64,000 nucleotides of DNA from a virus (taxonomy: Duplodnaviria; Heunggongvirae; Uroviricota; Caudoviricetes), in the IMG/VR virus record IMGVR_UViG_3300032312_000788, positions 74,986 through 138,985 of that record; one strand, 5' to 3'. The first letter of the stretch is position 1. Each line of letters begins with the position of its first letter. The notes beneath the pieces are model-generated. The model was given only the letters and a program-made list of their open reading frames with translations. It searched no databases and was not told where the DNA came from. This document shows, in pieces, positions 60,749 through 64,000 of this stretch. The position numbers were made by a program, and so were the translations under genes.

Positions 60749-61748
60749 CTATTATTACTTTGATATGACAATTAAATCAATCTAATAAAAAAGTTGATTT
60801 GACAGATTGATCAAAGTGTGGTAAAAAACTTGCACTGGAATATATCAATAGAACACTAGCGTAGACTAAGGACATGCACACAGGAAGAGTTATGTATAAC
60901 TTAATTGTAGGATCAATCATCTTGGTTGGTGCTGCAATCGTCAATTTTATCTATAACATATTCTGGTGAATATAACTTTATCGATCTACTAACTTTATTG
61001 ATCTGACAAACTTGCCATGATCTAATAAAACATTTACTGTGGTGGTAAACAGTCCCCCTCCCGATGAATATGTGGTGATGGGACCGGGAGGGGGACACAC
61101 TTTCTTATATATATGCATGTATATTATTGGACTGAAAGTTTGTAATATCCCTAGGACAAACGATAAAAGCATGGATATTTTTGGATTAAACACTAGGATA
61201 GACTAGGGATACGATGAAACCCATTCATTATACTGATAAGATCACCGGTAGGTATTATGATACTTTAACTCCAAGGGTAAATACCCCTGTGAAAGTATTA
61301 AGCAAAAGCCGTATCACCAAGATTAAGAAGTGGATTCACTTTTGGGCTTTAATGATAGGATTCCGGGAATTTAAACGATAAGATTACAGGGGGTTTAAAC
61401 CATAAAACACTATAGACAAATTGAAGTATGATTCGCATCTCATTATTGTTTGTTCTTATCGTTCTTGTAGTATATATAGACAATAATCCATCCCTCATCC
61501 TATTAAATGGAATGGATTTGATTAGTAAAACACTATTGGATACTGTGGAAATGTTCATTGAAATTTCCACCGATTCTACCCCAGAAAATGACGCTTTACT
61601 GGATGCTTATTTAGAGAGCGTCAAACAATCATAAAACACTATAGTCTAATGGGGACATCACCACGACGGTTCTTCCGACCAGAACGGAAGCGGGAAGCTC
61701 TCGAAAGAAGCCAGTTCGAATCACAAAACACTATAAGAAACTACGTTC

Positions 61749-62207
61749 ATGACTGACACCACCACCGCCACCGCCGCCACCACCACCACCACCGCCGCTG
61801 CCGCCAAGCAATTTACTTGTGGAATCACGGAAGACCTGAAAAACACTCTTAAAGAGACACGCTTGGAGTTCACCCGTCCTGCGAAAGTTAAAGGGGCTCC
61901 CCCGGTCCCTATGTCCGAAAAAGAATGTCTCGAGGTCTTGCATAAGGTTGCCAGCGACCGCCGCTTTAAAGTGGTCGAGGAAACCAGCGAAACGGGGGAA
62001 ACGTCCCTTGTAACATTCGATCTCTTCGAGGTCGAATGGAAGGGAATTGTTGAAAGGGATTATCCAGAAAACACCAAGACACCCACAATCGACGGGCTTG
62101 TGGCTCAGATTCGCAAGTATGGCGCAGCCCTTAAAATGGGCGAGGATGCAATCCAAGCCATGATCACCGCCGCTACGGGCTCCACAGGCTCCACAGCGTC
62201 AGAATAA
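61749..62207 (+). CDS. GC-rich hypothetical protein with poly-Thr/Ala N-terminus
   Basis: 152 aa; local GC far above the window average (runs of ccaccgcc); still preceded by the start motif. Confidence 0.45.
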   Translation: MTDTTTATAATTTTTAAAAKQFTCGITEDLKNTLKETRLEFTRPAKVKGAPPVPMSEKECLEVLHKVASDRRFKVVEETSETGETSLVTFDLFEVEWKGIVERDYPENTKTPTIDGLVAQIRKYGAALKMGEDAIQAMITAATGSTGSTASE

Positions 62208-62219
62208 CCCTAAACGCTC

Positions 62220-62258
62220 GCCTCCCCTTGTCCTTAGTCTGGACAAGGGGAGGCTTTC
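62220..62258 (+). terminator. strong rho-independent terminator
   Basis: perfect 14-bp GC-rich stem (gcctccccttgtcc/ggacaaggggaggc), 7-nt loop, then TTTCAAAAG. Confidence 0.75.
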
Positions 62259-62265
62259 AAAAGAA

Positions 62266-62330
62266 TCATAAAACACTATGGTTAGCCTCCCGTTAGGAAT
62301 TGGGTAGAGTGGTAGTGTTTTATGATCCGG
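62266..62330. repeat. inverted repeat formed by the start motif and its reverse complement
   Basis: atcataaaacacta ..37 nt.. tagtgttttatgat, followed by a G8 run. Confidence 0.7.
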
Positions 62331-62340
62331 TGGGGGGGCC

Positions 62341-62440
62341 ATAGAAAAAAATATTTTTTAATAAATTTTCTCAATTTTCCTGTATAGAAAAAAATATTTT
62401 TTAATAAATTTTCTCAATTTTCCTGTATAGCTTAAAAAAT
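62341..62440. repeat. 43-bp direct tandem repeat, about 2.3 copies
   Basis: atagaaaaaaatattttttaataaattttctcaattttcctgt repeated exactly twice, then a partial third. Confidence 0.85.
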
Positions 62441-62514
62441 TTTTTTGTATTTTTTTTCCATTTTATATAGGATTTTTTTATTCTCCACGATATCGCCACA
62501 GCAACGCATTACAT

Positions 62515-63165
62515 TTATTCCAATTCAGTGTTTTTTGAAGGTGGGGTGTTTTTAAATTCGGTCATATAGCTATCATCTGTGAATTGATGTCGTTTGTTTT
62601 CTACGCTATATACGGTTAGATCAATTTTGTAATTGGGATTTTTATCGAGTGGAGTATCGACCCATGCATCATCATGCCATATAATTCTATTATTTGGGTA
62701 GATATAAAAATTACCATTATCCATTTTAAATAAGTGTCCACACTTATGTTCTGGAGTTTCGCTAAAATTCGTATCAATCATTGCTTTGTTTTCCCACCCC
62801 CAATCAAGAGTCATCATATATTCTCCCCATTTTTTCTCATTACTTGGAGTGATAAGTTTTGCTCTCAAGTTTTTCATTCTTGCTCTCACGTTTACATCTA
62901 TATATGGGCTGAAACAATCCCAATACATTGCTTCCTCTAAGGCGACAGGTTCACATTCTTTCCAACAAAAAGCAGTAATTGGTCTTCTAGTCCAGTTCAC
63001 ACCATTTGTTAAAAATGCTTCGAATAAAGGAACTCTTTTTTCCATAGAGGCAACACTATGCACATCACACAGCGAGTATTCGCCATGGCCGCTTTCATGA
63101 TTAAAAAGATATTGATTGCGAATTAGACAAGTGATTGTTGGAACATTATGATTTAAATAAGGCAT
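62515..63165 (-). CDS. hypothetical protein (minus strand)
   Basis: 216-aa ORF with its own codon pattern; strand switch after the repeat region. Confidence 0.45.
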   Translation of the reverse strand: MPYLNHNVPTITCLIRNQYLFNHESGHGEYSLCDVHSVASMEKRVPLFEAFLTNGVNWTRRPITAFCWKECEPVALEEAMYWDCFSPYIDVNVRARMKNLRAKLITPSNEKKWGEYMMTLDWGWENKAMIDTNFSETPEHKCGHLFKMDNGNFYIYPNNRIIWHDDAWVDTPLDKNPNYKIDLTVYSVENKRHQFTDDSYMTEFKNTPPSKNTELE

Positions 63166-63195
63166 GAGTCTATTATAGCATCAATTTTACTTGAG

Positions 63196-63221
63196 TCAAG
63201 CATAATAGTTTTTATGCTTGA
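63196..63221. repeat. 8-bp-stem palindrome between divergent genes
   Basis: tcaagcat-aatagttttt-atgcttga. Confidence 0.6.
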
Positions 63222-63293
63222 TTTTGAAAGGTGTCAATCACCTGTAGAAGTGTTGAGAAAATATAAGGATGATCTTAAAGTTTAAATATTAAT

Positions 63294-63491
63294 ATGAATA
63301 ATTTTGTAGATTTCTTTTATAAGACAATCGAATTATTACCTAATTCTAAATTTCAGGACATGCAAAACACCAAAACTATAAAAGTTTATAGGTCATCTGC
63401 TAGGCCAAATAAGAATGATTACGTCTCCGGGTCACATGCTGGAACAAAGCAGCAGGCTTTGATTAGAGCGGATTATATGATTAACGATTAA
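63294..63491 (+). CDS. hypothetical protein
   Basis: 65 aa. Confidence 0.25.
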   Translation: MNNFVDFFYKTIELLPNSKFQDMQNTKTIKVYRSSARPNKNDYVSGSHAGTKQQALIRADYMIND

Positions 63492-63528
63492 CGATGAACA
63501 AAAATACGATATTTATTATCTGTATGAA

Positions 63529-63777
63529 TTGATTATTGATCTTGGAAAAATTTATCCTAAACTTTTACAGGATGATGGTTCAGATCACGGACATGATTAT
63601 GTTAATGATTTTGGAGGTTATGACATTGCCTTTTATAAAAATACTGATGAAAGTGATGTGAGAAACGAAAACCTTTCCATCATTATAATAAATCCCGATA
63701 GTGTGTTTAAATCCGAAATGATAAAAGAGATTGATAGCGAATATTTGACCTCTATTCAAATTGATTTGTATAACTAA
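63529..63777 (+). CDS. hypothetical protein
   Basis: 82 aa. Confidence 0.3.
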   Translation: MIIDLGKIYPKLLQDDGSDHGHDYVNDFGGYDIAFYKNTDESDVRNENLSIIIINPDSVFKSEMIKEIDSEYLTSIQIDLYN

Positions 63778-64000
63778 TTAATTAAATACATATATGAGTG
63801 ATTTTGATAAGTTATTTAGACAATTAATGGAGAGTGTTATTGTATCCGAGGCGTTTGATAGCGAAATGGGTAGTAGTCGAAAAATAGATTCTCAAGAATT
63901 AATCGATTATATTAATCGTGTAATTAGTAGAAAAAATAATTCCAAATCAAAAGTAAAAGATAATAAGATGAAGATAAAAGATTATCTTCATATGCCGCAT

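Noticed and set aside
61731-62156. minus ORF with GGGGGGGGGGGGG run
   Set aside because: Antisense of the GC-rich + gene; poly-Gly from the ccaccgcc tract.
62341-62440. possible CRISPR array
   Set aside because: Only 2.3 contiguous copies of a 43-bp unit with no spacers; this is a tandem repeat, not a repeat-spacer array.

Overview
This window reads as an AT-rich (about 35% GC) dsDNA phage segment. About 120 short genes run almost all on the + strand with little or no intergenic space.

A conserved motif of about 22 bp, (A/T)TAAAACACTA(A/G)nnTAnAATAnn, ends 5-12 nt before the ATG at about 45 gene starts. No Shine-Dalgarno sequences are evident.

The left 8 kb looks like a virion-structure block. 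Its main members are a 745-aa tape-measure-like protein, a GIY-YIG homing endonuclease, and one acidic minus-strand gene.

From about 9 kb to 60 kb lies an unusually dense accessory region. Its dominant content is RNA and tRNA end-healing, sealing and editing enzymes:
- an Rnl2/Rnl5-type RNA ligase with a 230-aa N-terminal extension;
- a T4 Rnl1-type RNA ligase broken at motif I (KLDG|S) by a split intein, with a free-standing Vsr/EDxHD-like endonuclease gene between the intein halves;
- a PNK-like P-loop kinase and a separate HAD (DxDxT) phosphatase;
- three calcineurin-like metallophosphoesterases, a histidine phosphatase and an HD phosphohydrolase;
- a 2H (HxT/HxT) cyclic phosphodiesterase, a macro domain and a PTH2 peptidyl-tRNA hydrolase;
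- a Pol-beta-type nucleotidyltransferase, a Thg1-like 3'-5' polymerase, and a TilS-like PP-loop enzyme next to a tRNA(CAU) gene.

The region also holds an ADP-ribose/NAD-associated trio (PRPP-synthetase-like, small cupin/2OG-like, NADAR), then an SPFH membrane protein, ThyX, a dCMP-type deaminase, a Dcm C5-methyltransferase, a UvrD-like helicase, a GHKL ATPase, thioredoxin and two YopX paralogs.

Four homing endonucleases are present: 2 GIY-YIG, 1 LAGLIDADG and 1 EDxHD-like.

Several intergenic elements have tRNA-like acceptor, D and T arms but span about 118-147 nt. One clean tRNA(CAU) is present.

The right end (61.7-63.3 kb) changes character. It has a GC-rich gene, a strong terminator, an inverted copy of the start motif, 43-bp tandem repeats and a strand switch. 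This may be a terminus, origin or module boundary.

All functional calls rest on motifs read by eye; no database search was run.
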